DNA of 57,091 bases, taken from sequence record DRR723986_11703; one strand, given 5' to 3'. Each line of letters begins with the position of its first letter. Within the stretch, counting starts at the first letter, position 1. Shown here one piece after another: positions 19,680 to 29,694 of the stretch. The notes beneath the pieces are model-generated. The model did no database searches and had not been told where the DNA came from. It saw only the letters and a list, made by a program, of their open reading frames with translations. The translations under genes and the position numbers were made by a program.

Positions 19680-21389
19680 ATGGAGCGAATGACTTGCAAA
19701 GGGAAACAACGAATGACTTTGAGTATGCCACCAAGGGTAATGATGCGAAGCTGGATTAGGATGGGTGTTGCTTGCGCCTTGATTGGACTGGCCATACGCT
19801 CTGGGCAGGCGTCGGAAACTGCCGCTCGGCGACCCAACATTTTAATCGCCGTTTCGGATGATCAGAGCTACCCGCACGCAAGTGCATACGGCGAACCTGT
19901 TATCCAGACGCCCGCCTTTGATCGCGTCGCACGGCGCGGCGTGTTGTTCCGCAACGCCTTTACGCCCTGTCCGGGCTGCAGCCCAATGCGAGCCGCTTTT
20001 TTGACTGGGCAACACGTCTGGCAGATCCGCCACGCTGGCACGCACGCAAGTTCGTTTCCGCGTGAGCTGAAGACATTCACGGGGGAACTTGCAAAGTCGG
20101 GCTACAAGGTCGGCTACACCGGTAAGCCATGGGGGCCGGGGAACTTTCGTACATCCGGCTGGGAAGAGAACCCTGTTGGTCCGGCCTACAGCAAGCGCAA
20201 AATGACGTCGCCGCCAGGAATCAGCGGCAACGATTACGCCTCCAACTTTGATGCATTCTTGGAAGAACATGGCGATGCACAGGAGCCGTTTTGCTTCTGG
20301 TACGGAGGTCACGAGCCGCACCGAAGTTTCGAGAAGGGTGCTGGGCGCAAGGCAGGCTTAGATCAGAACGCCGTCAAAGTGCCGGGCTTTCTACCCGACA
20401 GCGATGAGATCCGGAGCGATATTGCAGACTACTTCGTCGAAATCCAGTGGTTCGACAAGCATCTCGGGCGGATGCTGGACAGCCTGAAGTCGCGGGGTAT
20501 GCTCGAAAACACGCTTGTCATCGTGACCAGTGACAACGGAATGGCGTTTCCTCGCGCGAAAGCCAATCTATACGAATACGGCATCCACATGCCACTGGCG
20601 ATTTCCTGGCCCGCGGGTTCGGTGCAGACAGACGCTACTGACGAGACGCTCGTTAGCTTGCTGGATGTCACGGCGACGATCTACGCCGCGGCACAAGTCG
20701 ACGCACCCGAGAGGCAACCGCTGTCGGGGCGTTCGCTCATTCCGCTACTGACCAAGAGCCAGCAAGCCGACGTGGAATCGTCAGGCAATCGAGACGCCGT
20801 ATTCGCGGGGCGGGAACGTCATTCCTCCTCGCGGTTTAACTCACTCGGATATCCTTGCCGGTGTGTTCGCACTAAGGACTATCTGTACATTCGCAACTTT
20901 AAACCCGAACGTTGGCCAGCGGGCCCAGGGCAGAAGTATAGCCAGGCGAAGTACAACGCCACCGGGGAATTGGTCGAATCAACGCTCGGGCCAGAGCACG
21001 GTGGCTACCATGATATTGACGCCTGTCCAAGCCTTTCATGGTTAATCGGCCAGCGCGACGATCCAGCCATCAAGCCCTTCTTCCAAGCCGCCATCGATTT
21101 GCGGCCCGGCGAGGAACTATACAGTATCAACGACGATGCGGCGTGCATGAACAATCTAGCAAGTGACGCGTCTCACGAGGCTGAACTGGACAAGCACCGC
21201 AGGCTCCTTGACGCCGAACTGCGTCGAACCGGTGATTTGCGAGTGACGGATCCCGAGCAAGCAGATGAGTGGGAACGATTCCCGCGTTACAGTGGCCTAC
21301 GTTGGTTTCCTACGCCTCAGTGGGCAAAGGACAATCCGGAATCTGTTCCCGAGCAACCTTGGCTTGATGCTCGCCGCCCACGAAAGTAA
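19680..21389 (+). CDS. Formylglycine-dependent sulfatase (S1; SGSH-like)
   Basis: RPNILIAVSDD, CSPMR (CxPxR), GYTGK, EPH, TSDNG and YIRNF motifs. Exact start uncertain (ATGs between 19680 and 19761). Confidence 0.92.
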   Translation: MERMTCKGKQRMTLSMPPRVMMRSWIRMGVACALIGLAIRSGQASETAARRPNILIAVSDDQSYPHASAYGEPVIQTPAFDRVARRGVLFRNAFTPCPGCSPMRAAFLTGQHVWQIRHAGTHASSFPRELKTFTGELAKSGYKVGYTGKPWGPGNFRTSGWEENPVGPAYSKRKMTSPPGISGNDYASNFDAFLEEHGDAQEPFCFWYGGHEPHRSFEKGAGRKAGLDQNAVKVPGFLPDSDEIRSDIADYFVEIQWFDKHLGRMLDSLKSRGMLENTLVIVTSDNGMAFPRAKANLYEYGIHMPLAISWPAGSVQTDATDETLVSLLDVTATIYAAAQVDAPERQPLSGRSLIPLLTKSQQADVESSGNRDAVFAGRERHSSSRFNSLGYPCRCVRTKDYLYIRNFKPERWPAGPGQKYSQAKYNATGELVESTLGPEHGGYHDIDACPSLSWLIGQRDDPAIKPFFQAAIDLRPGEELYSINDDAACMNNLASDASHEAELDKHRRLLDAELRRTGDLRVTDPEQADEWERFPRYSGLRWFPTPQWAKDNPESVPEQPWLDARRPRK

Positions 21390-21414
21390 ACGAATCTTCG
21401 CAGACTCACAAAAC

Positions 21415-23451
21415 ATGAACCTTACACCTCGCCTCACCATTGCTTTAATCCTGTGTTCAGTCTTTGCGAATCCAACAGTCCGAGCCGATGAGATCTTCGG
21501 CGACTGGTCGCTACAGCTCCAGTCCGGAACACCCGCCTGGATGACGGTGCGTTCAGGTGATACGACGCCGATCGTTAGACTGCGGTTGTATGTTGGCCCC
21601 GACGGTCCGCACACGAATGTGAAGTATTCGGATGGACGTCTTTCATTCACTCTGCGGCAGAACAAAAAGGCCAAAGACGTCAAAACGGTTGAAGCTGGCC
21701 TGAAAGATGGAAAGCTGGCGGGGGTCGTCAAGTCAACGGCCGCCGACGGCACGATCAAACTCGATCGATTCACCGGCACGAGAATCCCAGCACTGCCAAA
21801 AAGCCCGCCTGAATTGTCGAAAGTTCATTTTGGGCATCCCATATCTCTGTTCAATGGTAAGAGTCTAGACGGCTGGCGAGCGCACGAACCCGATAAGATC
21901 ATGGGGTGGAGTGTTCGTGATGGCGTGCTCACAAACACTACTCCTAAGACGGACTTCAGTGCGACGGGAGATTATGCAAATCTACGCACCGAAGATGTCT
22001 TCGAAGACTTCTGGCTTCACCTAGAGTTCAAGGTTGAGCGGAACAGGAATAGTGGCGTCTACCTGCGCGGCATGTACGAGGCTCAGGTGGTTGACCGTGA
22101 CAGTCGCATGCAGGGTTTGCAGGGAGTCGGCGCGATCTTCGGAGCCATTGCACCGTCCCAGAACGCTGGTCTTCCTGGCGGGCAGTGGCAAACGTACGAC
22201 ATCACGCTGGTGAATCGGCATGTTACCGTCGTTCTAAACGGCGTCAAAGTAATCGACAATCAACCGATACCAGGTCCTACCGCCGGAGCAGTGTTCACCG
22301 ATCCAACACTACCAGGCCCGATCTATTTGCAAGGCGACCATACAAACGTCCAATATCGAAACATCTACCTCGCGCCTGTCGTCAAGCCTAACTTGGGTAC
22401 CGAGCATTCTCAAAGTGGCGAGCCGGTTATTGAAAGTGCCCCACTGGAACTGGATTTCAGCGCGATGATGCAGCCGGTGCCGGAATCGGCGATCTTTCGA
22501 TCCGATGAGTATGACATTTGGGGCGGTGCGCCGATTCGCGGCCCGGACGGACGATATCATTTGTTCTATTCAAGGTGGCCGCGCCGACTGGGCCACCAAG
22601 CTTGGGTGACACATTCAGAGATTGCCCATGCCACCAGCGAGAGTCCGCTTGGTCCTTGGAAGCATCGTGGTGTTGCGTTGCCGGAACGAGGCGGCGACTA
22701 CTGGGACGGCCACTGCACGCACAATCCGACGATTTTGAGCAAGGATGGCAAGTACTACTTGTACTACATGGGCAATCGCGGAGACCGCGTGGTAGAAAAG
22801 CCGCTCAACTGGACGCATCGGAACAACCAGCGAATAGGAGTCGCCGTGGCTGATTCGCTCGACGGTCCTTGGCTTCGATCCGACGAGCCGCTGTTGACTG
22901 TAAGTGATGATCCAGACGCCGTGGACGCGTTGTGCGTTTCCAATCCAGCCGTCACCGTCGGGCCCGACGGGCAAATTCTGATGGTCTACAAAACGGTAGC
23001 TCGAAAATTGGAGCTGCCCTCAGGAGGTCCGGTTGGAGTGGGGATCGCGACAGCCAGCTCTCCGACTGGACCATTTCACAAGCACGATAAACGACCGTTT
23101 CATATCGAAGGCGAACGGTTTGCTGCAGAAGATCCGTACATTTGGTTCGGGGGCGAACGCTACTACGCGATCGTAAAAGATCGAAACGGCCACTTCACCG
23201 GCATCAAGGGTTTTTCGTTAGCCCTGTTCACTTCAGATGACGGCTTCGATTGGACTCCCGCCAAGAATCTTCTGGTGGCTGCCCCTGGTTATGATCGCGC
23301 CGACGGCGGCCATGAAGACCTTGTGATTATGGAGCGTCCCCAGCTACTGATTGAAAACGGACGACCAACGGTTCTCTTCTGTGCCGCCGCCAAACTTCGC
23401 AATAAAGCAAACGGCTTCAACGTTCAAATTCCACTCCGGCTTAACGATTAG
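21415..23451 (+). CDS. Secreted DUF1080 (3-keto-glycoside processing) domain fused to a five-bladed beta-propeller glycoside hydrolase (GH43/62/32/68/117/130-like)
   Basis: SLFNGKSLDGW, NSGVYLRG, YEAQV and GPIYLQGDH, then WGGAPI, YHLFYSRW, HNP, EDPYIW and ERPQ; start moved to ATG 21415. Confidence 0.8.
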   Translation: MNLTPRLTIALILCSVFANPTVRADEIFGDWSLQLQSGTPAWMTVRSGDTTPIVRLRLYVGPDGPHTNVKYSDGRLSFTLRQNKKAKDVKTVEAGLKDGKLAGVVKSTAADGTIKLDRFTGTRIPALPKSPPELSKVHFGHPISLFNGKSLDGWRAHEPDKIMGWSVRDGVLTNTTPKTDFSATGDYANLRTEDVFEDFWLHLEFKVERNRNSGVYLRGMYEAQVVDRDSRMQGLQGVGAIFGAIAPSQNAGLPGGQWQTYDITLVNRHVTVVLNGVKVIDNQPIPGPTAGAVFTDPTLPGPIYLQGDHTNVQYRNIYLAPVVKPNLGTEHSQSGEPVIESAPLELDFSAMMQPVPESAIFRSDEYDIWGGAPIRGPDGRYHLFYSRWPRRLGHQAWVTHSEIAHATSESPLGPWKHRGVALPERGGDYWDGHCTHNPTILSKDGKYYLYYMGNRGDRVVEKPLNWTHRNNQRIGVAVADSLDGPWLRSDEPLLTVSDDPDAVDALCVSNPAVTVGPDGQILMVYKTVARKLELPSGGPVGVGIATASSPTGPFHKHDKRPFHIEGERFAAEDPYIWFGGERYYAIVKDRNGHFTGIKGFSLALFTSDDGFDWTPAKNLLVAAPGYDRADGGHEDLVIMERPQLLIENGRPTVLFCAAAKLRNKANGFNVQIPLRLND

Positions 23452-25895
23452 GCAAGTGCTGGAGTTTCATCGAGGTCGTGCAGGTCTGGTGGGGTTGCGC
23501 CGTTGCGTAGTTCGCGGCAGGCGGCGAGGAGGCCGAAGGCTTCTTGGACTAGTTGTTCAAGGGCTACATCTTGATTGGCAGTCTCAATGGCTGCAGAAGC
23601 GGCTTGGGCAATAGGTTGCACCGAATGCTGTTCCGCAGTGTCACGCAGTCGCTCCGCCAACGAGGCGAATGTCTTGCCGTCACCTCGGTCCGCAGCATCG
23701 ACCAGCTTCTCAACCTGTTCACCAATGTTGAGCAAGACTTCGTCGTCCAAATCTTCCTTGCTGGGAGAGCCGCCAATCTGATTACCCGACTCAACAATCC
23801 TGGCAAAGGTTTCAACAAGCTCTGGGTCAAATTGCGTTCCCGCGCACCTGCGGAGTTCCGCGATGGCGGCTTCCTGTGTCATGCCCTTGCGATACGGTCG
23901 ATCGGAAATCATCGCGTCGAATGAATCCGCAATTGTCAGAATCCGAGCGCCGACCGGTAAGTCCTCTCCGCGTATTTCTTGCTTGTCAGCCTCAGGTCCA
24001 CCGAATCGATAATGATGGTAACGAACCATATCGGTCAGTTGGTCATGCTTGAAAGACTTGCTAAGAATTTCAACTCCGATGCGGTCGTGCTTCTCCATCG
24101 TCTCCCACTCTTTGTCATCCAGCGGGCCTGGTTTGAGCAGGATTGAATCGGGAACGCCGACCTTTCCAATGTCATGCAGCAGGGCAGCGATCTCGACGAC
24201 ATAAACTTCACTTGGCAATAGTAATCGCTGAGCGAGCAGCGCCGCGTAGCTTGAGACCCGCTTGGAATGCATACCAGTTTGTTGATCGCGATAGGTTAGC
24301 GCGGAGACAAGGGCTGATACGGCCGAGTACGGAATTGATGGCGTACTTGCTTGCTCACAAGATCGCTCAGTACTCTTGCTGCGCTGGTCGGAAGCGTCGT
24401 CGACTTGCTCGGGAATTTCGTCAAATCGGACAACCTGATTACGGCCATTGCGTTTCGCGACATACAAGCACTTGTCGGCTTCGTCGAGCATTTCTTGAGG
24501 GCTCTCGGCTCCCAAGCTGTGACTCGAAATTCCAAGGCTGGCGGTCACGGAAAAGTCGCCAATCGTGAGTTTCGATATCGCGAGCCGGATTCTTTCAGCG
24601 CCGCGAGCCGCTTCGTCAACGTCGGTGTCTACCATGATGATGGCGAACTCTTCGCCACCATAGCGGCAGACGATATCGGTATCACGACTGCACTCAAGCA
24701 GGACGCGACCGGTTTCTCGAAGCACTTCATCCCCCACGCTATGACCGTGCGTGTCGTTGATCGACTTGAAAAAGTCGATGTCGACCATGATGCACGAAAG
24801 CGCGGCTTTTCCGTCGCTGGCACTCTGCCAATGATTATCAAACTGTTCAAACAGCGTCCGGCGGTTGAGGCAACCCGTTAGCGGATCGCGGGTTGCTAAG
24901 TAAGTTAGTTGCTCATTCTGTTCCGAGATTTCTCGTTTTGATCGACTCAGGTCTTCTAAAGTGTTCAGCAGTGCGGCGCGGTTCATCTCCATGGGCGTCA
25001 CGTCGGTAAACGCCATCATGGTTCCTTGCGGATTTCCACTGTCGTCTAACACCGGCGAGGAGTTGACGGAGAAGATAGCGATGACTTGGCCGTGGCCGTC
25101 GGTCAATTGCATGCGAGTGCCGCGTTGCTTACTCTGAGTCACATCGCTCGGATCCTTCGTGATTTCAGATGCAGCCCAAGGTAAACTCCACAGATCAATT
25201 CCAAGAAGTTCATCTTGTTCTTTTTTGACGTCGCTGGCAAACTTCTGGTTGACGAGCACAATGCGGTCCTCAGGGTCAACGATGACAACCCCTTCCGCAA
25301 AATTATCCAGCGTCTGTTGGACTCGCATCGGAATCGATTGGCTCGGATCCAAGTATTTGAGGATCTGTCGCAGATGGAACCAAGTGGTGACACCAACCAT
25401 CAGCGATACGATGCCGACCAACTTCAGCAGTGAGGTGCTGAAGAAGAGGTTGACTCCGGCATACACGGGCGTAAACCTGGCCTCGAGTTTTCCCCATTCG
25501 CCATTGGCCGAATGTAACGAAACTTCATAACAACCATCTTCGCCGCGATCGACTGCTTCGGGCCACAATTCTTCATGCTCACCGACAATCGCGAGGTAAC
25601 CGCCATCGGCCTGACGAACTGCTACAGACTCCAGGTCATTCGCATTGGTGGCAAAGAACTCGAGTTGGCGACCAATTTGGCGTACTTCGTTGTATTCGAG
25701 TAAGTTGCTGACGTTGGTCGCTACTGCCTCGGCCAATTTGGCGCGTGTTTGGACGGTGAATGCACGTTCGTCCGGCACAATCCCGGTCAGGGTCGCCGTG
25801 ATCAGCGCAGCAATCGTGATTCCGATAATACTGAAGTTAATCCTTGCAATGCTACTCACGGCAGTTTTCCTTGCTGGCGTGTTGATCCACCCCAC
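23448..25895 (-). CDS. Membrane PAS-GGDEF-HD-GYP protein (diguanylate cyclase) with Hpt-like C-terminus
   Basis: Two TM helices around a periplasmic domain; PAS (EGVVIVD...VN); DPLTG, DIDFFKSIND, I-site RDTD and YGGEEF; HSKRV, LHDIGK and RPY. Confidence 0.9.
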   Translation of the reverse strand: MGWINTPARKTAVSSIARINFSIIGITIAALITATLTGIVPDERAFTVQTRAKLAEAVATNVSNLLEYNEVRQIGRQLEFFATNANDLESVAVRQADGGYLAIVGEHEELWPEAVDRGEDGCYEVSLHSANGEWGKLEARFTPVYAGVNLFFSTSLLKLVGIVSLMVGVTTWFHLRQILKYLDPSQSIPMRVQQTLDNFAEGVVIVDPEDRIVLVNQKFASDVKKEQDELLGIDLWSLPWAASEITKDPSDVTQSKQRGTRMQLTDGHGQVIAIFSVNSSPVLDDSGNPQGTMMAFTDVTPMEMNRAALLNTLEDLSRSKREISEQNEQLTYLATRDPLTGCLNRRTLFEQFDNHWQSASDGKAALSCIMVDIDFFKSINDTHGHSVGDEVLRETGRVLLECSRDTDIVCRYGGEEFAIIMVDTDVDEAARGAERIRLAISKLTIGDFSVTASLGISSHSLGAESPQEMLDEADKCLYVAKRNGRNQVVRFDEIPEQVDDASDQRSKSTERSCEQASTPSIPYSAVSALVSALTYRDQQTGMHSKRVSSYAALLAQRLLLPSEVYVVEIAALLHDIGKVGVPDSILLKPGPLDDKEWETMEKHDRIGVEILSKSFKHDQLTDMVRYHHYRFGGPEADKQEIRGEDLPVGARILTIADSFDAMISDRPYRKGMTQEAAIAELRRCAGTQFDPELVETFARIVESGNQIGGSPSKEDLDDEVLLNIGEQVEKLVDAADRGDGKTFASLAERLRDTAEQHSVQPIAQAASAAIETANQDVALEQLVQEAFGLLAACRELRNGATPPDLHDLDETPALA

Positions 25896-26359
25896 TGCGC
25901 AAGGGGCGGCGCTGTGTCGTTCGCATCGACCGTCCCAGACGGATCTTCCGCCTTGTCTGCCCTTAAGTGGCGATCGATGTTAGCTGAGGCAAAATTCCAA
26001 GACACTTATCAAATCCGGTGGATATAGTTTTAGTGTGTGCACAACTTGGGCGCAAAAGCGCTGACAAATTGTTGCACTCGTGTGCTCGCGGAGCACGCTT
26101 TGATGCTCAAGTTGCGGGTGCCCGTGTCAGAACGTCCAGGACTTGGGGGGAGAGTATCAGCCGTAACTAACGTGCAAGGTGGAGCGGCGAAAGACCTGCG
26201 GGATGCCGCAATTGCCTTCACAATGAAGAAGCAATCCGTGTTTCCCGTACAGAAATGAGCACTAAGCTCCTTTTGTAACGCCTAGCAGATGGGCTTTACG
26301 GGTTCCCGCAAGCTGTCGCACCACAGAGGGGGCGCGTCCGGCGTCGATAGACTTCTAGT

Positions 26360-28363
26360 ATGAACAAGCTATGGACACACTCGAAACAAGTCATGCGCCA
26401 GACGCTCCGCCCAGGTAAGGCTGCCGTCTGCGCGTGTATCTCGAGTCTGCTGACCCTCGGCAATGTAGCAATTGCACAACAAGAAGCAATCGCGCAAGAA
26501 ACAGGGCGTTCCACCACTCCTCAAGATGCTTGGATTCCACCGGGGCTTATCGAACACTCGGTAGAATCATCCGGTTCGCAGACTGAAATTGGTCTGATCG
26601 AGCAAACGGCCGGCGCGCGGTCTAGATTTGAGCTTGATGCTAGCACTTTCCCGCAGGCCGCACCCGTGATCGATCTCGGGCAGCCGTCACAAGAGAGAGA
26701 CTTCCAGTACGTTCACGAGGATGCCGTTGGGTTACCAGCGGGCTCCTACACCGCTCCGAATGAGCCGACTTCCAATCTCCAGATTGGCGAGCTACCCAAT
26801 GCACCGAGTGCCGATGAAGCATTTTCGACATATTACGCTGAAGAGACTGAACCGCGACTAACCGCGCCGGTCGAGTCGGCTAAAAGCGAGCTACCGTGGT
26901 GGACTTTATCTGTCTCTTCGCCAATGCGCGATGTGCAAAGTTTGCCTGTCGACTTGGATCAGTTGTTTGCTTTGACCGTTTCGCACTCTGGTCGGGTGCT
27001 TTCTGTCGCTCAAACACCTTGGCTAAACCGTGCTCTGGCCGACCAGGCGGCTGGCGTCTTCGATCCGACGCTCTATACAGATGGACGATTCGACAGCACT
27101 AGCGATCCAGTTGAAAATACGCTGACAACAGGCGGACCGCCACGCTTGGAAGATGACGTAGTTAGCCTCGAGACCGGACTCCGCGGAACCACTAAGCGAG
27201 GAACAACGTACAACCTTGGTCAGCGTTTGGGGCACAAGAACAGCAACTCGGAATTTTTCCGCCCCAACGATCAGGCTTCATCGCGTTTGTTCGCAAACCT
27301 GACTAAGCCACTGCTACAAGGGCGTAGGATTGATGTTAATCGCAGCCTCATTCTGACGACGCAATTTGATACACGGGCCGCGCAAGCAGCATACCACCAA
27401 GCGTTGCAACGACAGTTGGCCGCCGTAGCCGAAGCCTATTGGTCGCTAGTCTTTGAACGTGCGTCATTGCTTCAACGCGAACGACATCTTTCGGCGGCCG
27501 TTGAAATTGCTGAGCAGTTGGAGAATCGCGTCTCGCACGACTCGACTCGTTCCCAGATTCTACGGGCTCGCGCAGCAGTCTCGTCCCGGAGAGCGGAGAT
27601 TGCCCAGGCGGATGCTAGGATTCGGAACCTCGAATCGCAGGTCCGAGCACTTGTTAATGCCCCAGAGCTACTGCACAATCGTTCTGCCGAACTGGTGCCG
27701 ATGCAAGTCCCTGCAGTCGCAGACCTTCAACTGGACACCGAAGCAGCCATTGCCGAAGCCTTGATGCTTCGCCCCGAGCTAGAAGATCTAGCCTTCAAGG
27801 CGAAAGCTGCGCAGGTTCGCATTCGCTTGGCGCGAGACCAGAGTCGCCCAAGGCTGGACCTAATTGCCGAAGGCTATATTGCAGGTCTGGACGGCGAGTC
27901 TGATATCGGAACAGCGTGGGGGAATCAGTTTACCGAAGGACGCCCAGGCTTTGCGACGGGCCTCTCTTTCCAACGGCCGGTGAACAACCAGGTAGCAAAG
28001 GCAACACTAAGGCAACGACATCTTGAGTTGGCTCAGATTCGCCACTTAGTTACCGAAGCCAACGAGACGATTCGCGCAGAGGTTGAGACGGCGGTTCGAA
28101 ATGTTTACGCCGCTCGGGATGCCGCAAATCTCCGGTTTGCTTCGTGGCAATCAGTAGTCGCCGAGGTAGCCTACTTACAGGATCGTTGGCTGACGCTCGC
28201 CGATGATCCTCGGTTCGGGCAAATCCAACTCGATGAACTCTTGAGAGCGCAGGATCGGTTGTTGCAAGAGGAGCAGAACCTGCTCACATCTCGCGTTCAA
28301 TTCAGTCGAGCACTGCTAGAATTGCAACGAGCTACTGGCTCACTCATCCGATTCGCGCATTAA
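26360..28363 (+). CDS. TolC-family outer membrane efflux/secretion protein
   Basis: Signal peptide; two OEP repeats (FDPTLY...LTKPLLQG...AEAYWSL; RPEL...RPRLDL...LELQRATGSL). Confidence 0.85.
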   Translation: MNKLWTHSKQVMRQTLRPGKAAVCACISSLLTLGNVAIAQQEAIAQETGRSTTPQDAWIPPGLIEHSVESSGSQTEIGLIEQTAGARSRFELDASTFPQAAPVIDLGQPSQERDFQYVHEDAVGLPAGSYTAPNEPTSNLQIGELPNAPSADEAFSTYYAEETEPRLTAPVESAKSELPWWTLSVSSPMRDVQSLPVDLDQLFALTVSHSGRVLSVAQTPWLNRALADQAAGVFDPTLYTDGRFDSTSDPVENTLTTGGPPRLEDDVVSLETGLRGTTKRGTTYNLGQRLGHKNSNSEFFRPNDQASSRLFANLTKPLLQGRRIDVNRSLILTTQFDTRAAQAAYHQALQRQLAAVAEAYWSLVFERASLLQRERHLSAAVEIAEQLENRVSHDSTRSQILRARAAVSSRRAEIAQADARIRNLESQVRALVNAPELLHNRSAELVPMQVPAVADLQLDTEAAIAEALMLRPELEDLAFKAKAAQVRIRLARDQSRPRLDLIAEGYIAGLDGESDIGTAWGNQFTEGRPGFATGLSFQRPVNNQVAKATLRQRHLELAQIRHLVTEANETIRAEVETAVRNVYAARDAANLRFASWQSVVAEVAYLQDRWLTLADDPRFGQIQLDELLRAQDRLLQEEQNLLTSRVQFSRALLELQRATGSLIRFAH

Positions 28364-28639
28364 GTCCGTGCATTTCCAAAGCCATGAAACGCTACAAATG
28401 AAGGCCTGAGCAATAGGAACCGATGGATACGCTTGATCTTGCTCAAATCGAAGCTTCTGCGGGAAACCGCGTGTGCTTCGTCCTCCTTTTCGCGCTGAAC
28501 AGAACAACGGTATGATTCATCTAAATTTAGCGTTTTGATAAAGCGATTCGCCTGGACTGCGGGCTACAGAGACCTATCGTTTGAGGTCGTTTTACCTTCT
28601 ACAAGGTGTGTATCCACGAGTCCCTGAAAGCCCGAAAGC

Positions 28640-29524
28640 ATGAATTGCCGATTCGTTCGCTCAACAGCGCAAATCGCAATTGCCACGCTCGTTGCCCTGA
28701 TCTCATTGCGAGGTCTGAGCCAGGCGCAAACGGTCAAATACGGTGACGCTTACGCAATCCAAGGTTTTAGCCAACCCGTCCAAGAGGCCGCTGTTGCCAG
28801 CCCAATTGGAGGAATTATTGCGGAGCTGTCCGTAGGAGAAGGTGATGCCGTTCGAGCTGACGATTGTTTAGTAAAACTGGATAGTACCGTTCATGACGCT
28901 CGCCTGAAGGCCGCCGAGGTCGCTGCCGGTGCGTCTGGTGAAATAGATATGGCCGAGGCAGAACTGCAAATCAGACAGTCGCGGCTGGAACGTATAACAC
29001 AACTAGCATCACGCGGGCACGCCACCGACTCCGAACAGCGGCAAGCTCGCGAAGATATTGCTATGGCCAGAGCAAGTTTACAACGCGCTCAGGAACGATC
29101 TGCACAACAGCAGGCAGACTACCAGCGATTGCGTGCCGAATTCAACCAACACCAAATCAAAGCGCCCTTTGATGGTGTCGTGGTCGAATTCAGTAAACAA
29201 CGCGGCGAATACGTTGGTCCCGGCGATGCTGTCGTATGTACGATTGCGGACCTAAGTCAGCTCTCAGTCGAATTCATGCTGCAACGCAACTTGCGGGATC
29301 TAGTAAACAAGGGTGATGAAGTTCAGGTCTTGTTTACGGCCGCAAATAAACGGGTCAAAGGTAAGGTGACGTATATCTCGCCCTACCCGCAGGGCGACTC
29401 GGGAACGTTCATGGTCAAAGTTGTCGTCGATAACAATAAGGGCAAGCTGAACGCTGGACAACGATGTCTGCTTCAAGGTTTAACACCCACGCCCGCGCGC
29501 CCGACGCCCAAGACTCGCCCCTAA
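28640..29524 (+). CDS. Periplasmic adaptor (HlyD/MFP family)
   Basis: Signal peptide; SPIGGII...VGEGDAV, coiled-coil hairpin, IKAPFDGVV...GEYV and ISP. Confidence 0.88.
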   Translation: MNCRFVRSTAQIAIATLVALISLRGLSQAQTVKYGDAYAIQGFSQPVQEAAVASPIGGIIAELSVGEGDAVRADDCLVKLDSTVHDARLKAAEVAAGASGEIDMAEAELQIRQSRLERITQLASRGHATDSEQRQAREDIAMARASLQRAQERSAQQQADYQRLRAEFNQHQIKAPFDGVVVEFSKQRGEYVGPGDAVVCTIADLSQLSVEFMLQRNLRDLVNKGDEVQVLFTAANKRVKGKVTYISPYPQGDSGTFMVKVVVDNNKGKLNAGQRCLLQGLTPTPARPTPKTRP

Positions 29525-29538
29525 AGAACCCCAGTCCA

Positions 29539-29570
29539 TTCGCTCCATTCGCAATGCGGAGTGGAGCGGA
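29539..29570 (+). other. Intercistronic RNA hairpin without U-tail
   Basis: ttcgctccattcgc-aat-gc(g)gagtggagcgga: 14 pairs including G:U and one bulge, 15 nt after the MFP stop. Confidence 0.45.
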
Positions 29571-29694
29571 GTAGGTTCATCCCTGCCAACCTTGATTGTT
29601 GTCCGAGTTTCACAAGTTACCTGCCGGTTTCGAAACGATAGCCCCGCAAGCCTATAGATCAAGACGCTGAATCATAGCAACCTCGGGGATAACT

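Noticed and set aside
21265-21414. 125-nt overlap of the DUF1080-GH ORF with the sulfatase
   Set aside because: A signal peptide begins at ATG 21415, which removes the overlap.
25985-26062. ggcaaaa...ggcgcaaaagc upstream of tolC as a c-di-GMP riboswitch
   Set aside because: The two elements are about 60 nt apart with no GNRA-capped stem between them.
25896-26359. RiPP precursor peptide for the RRE-M50 protein among short ORFs near the cluster
   Set aside because: The short ORFs here lack a convincing leader/core pattern and overlap the probable divergent promoter region.
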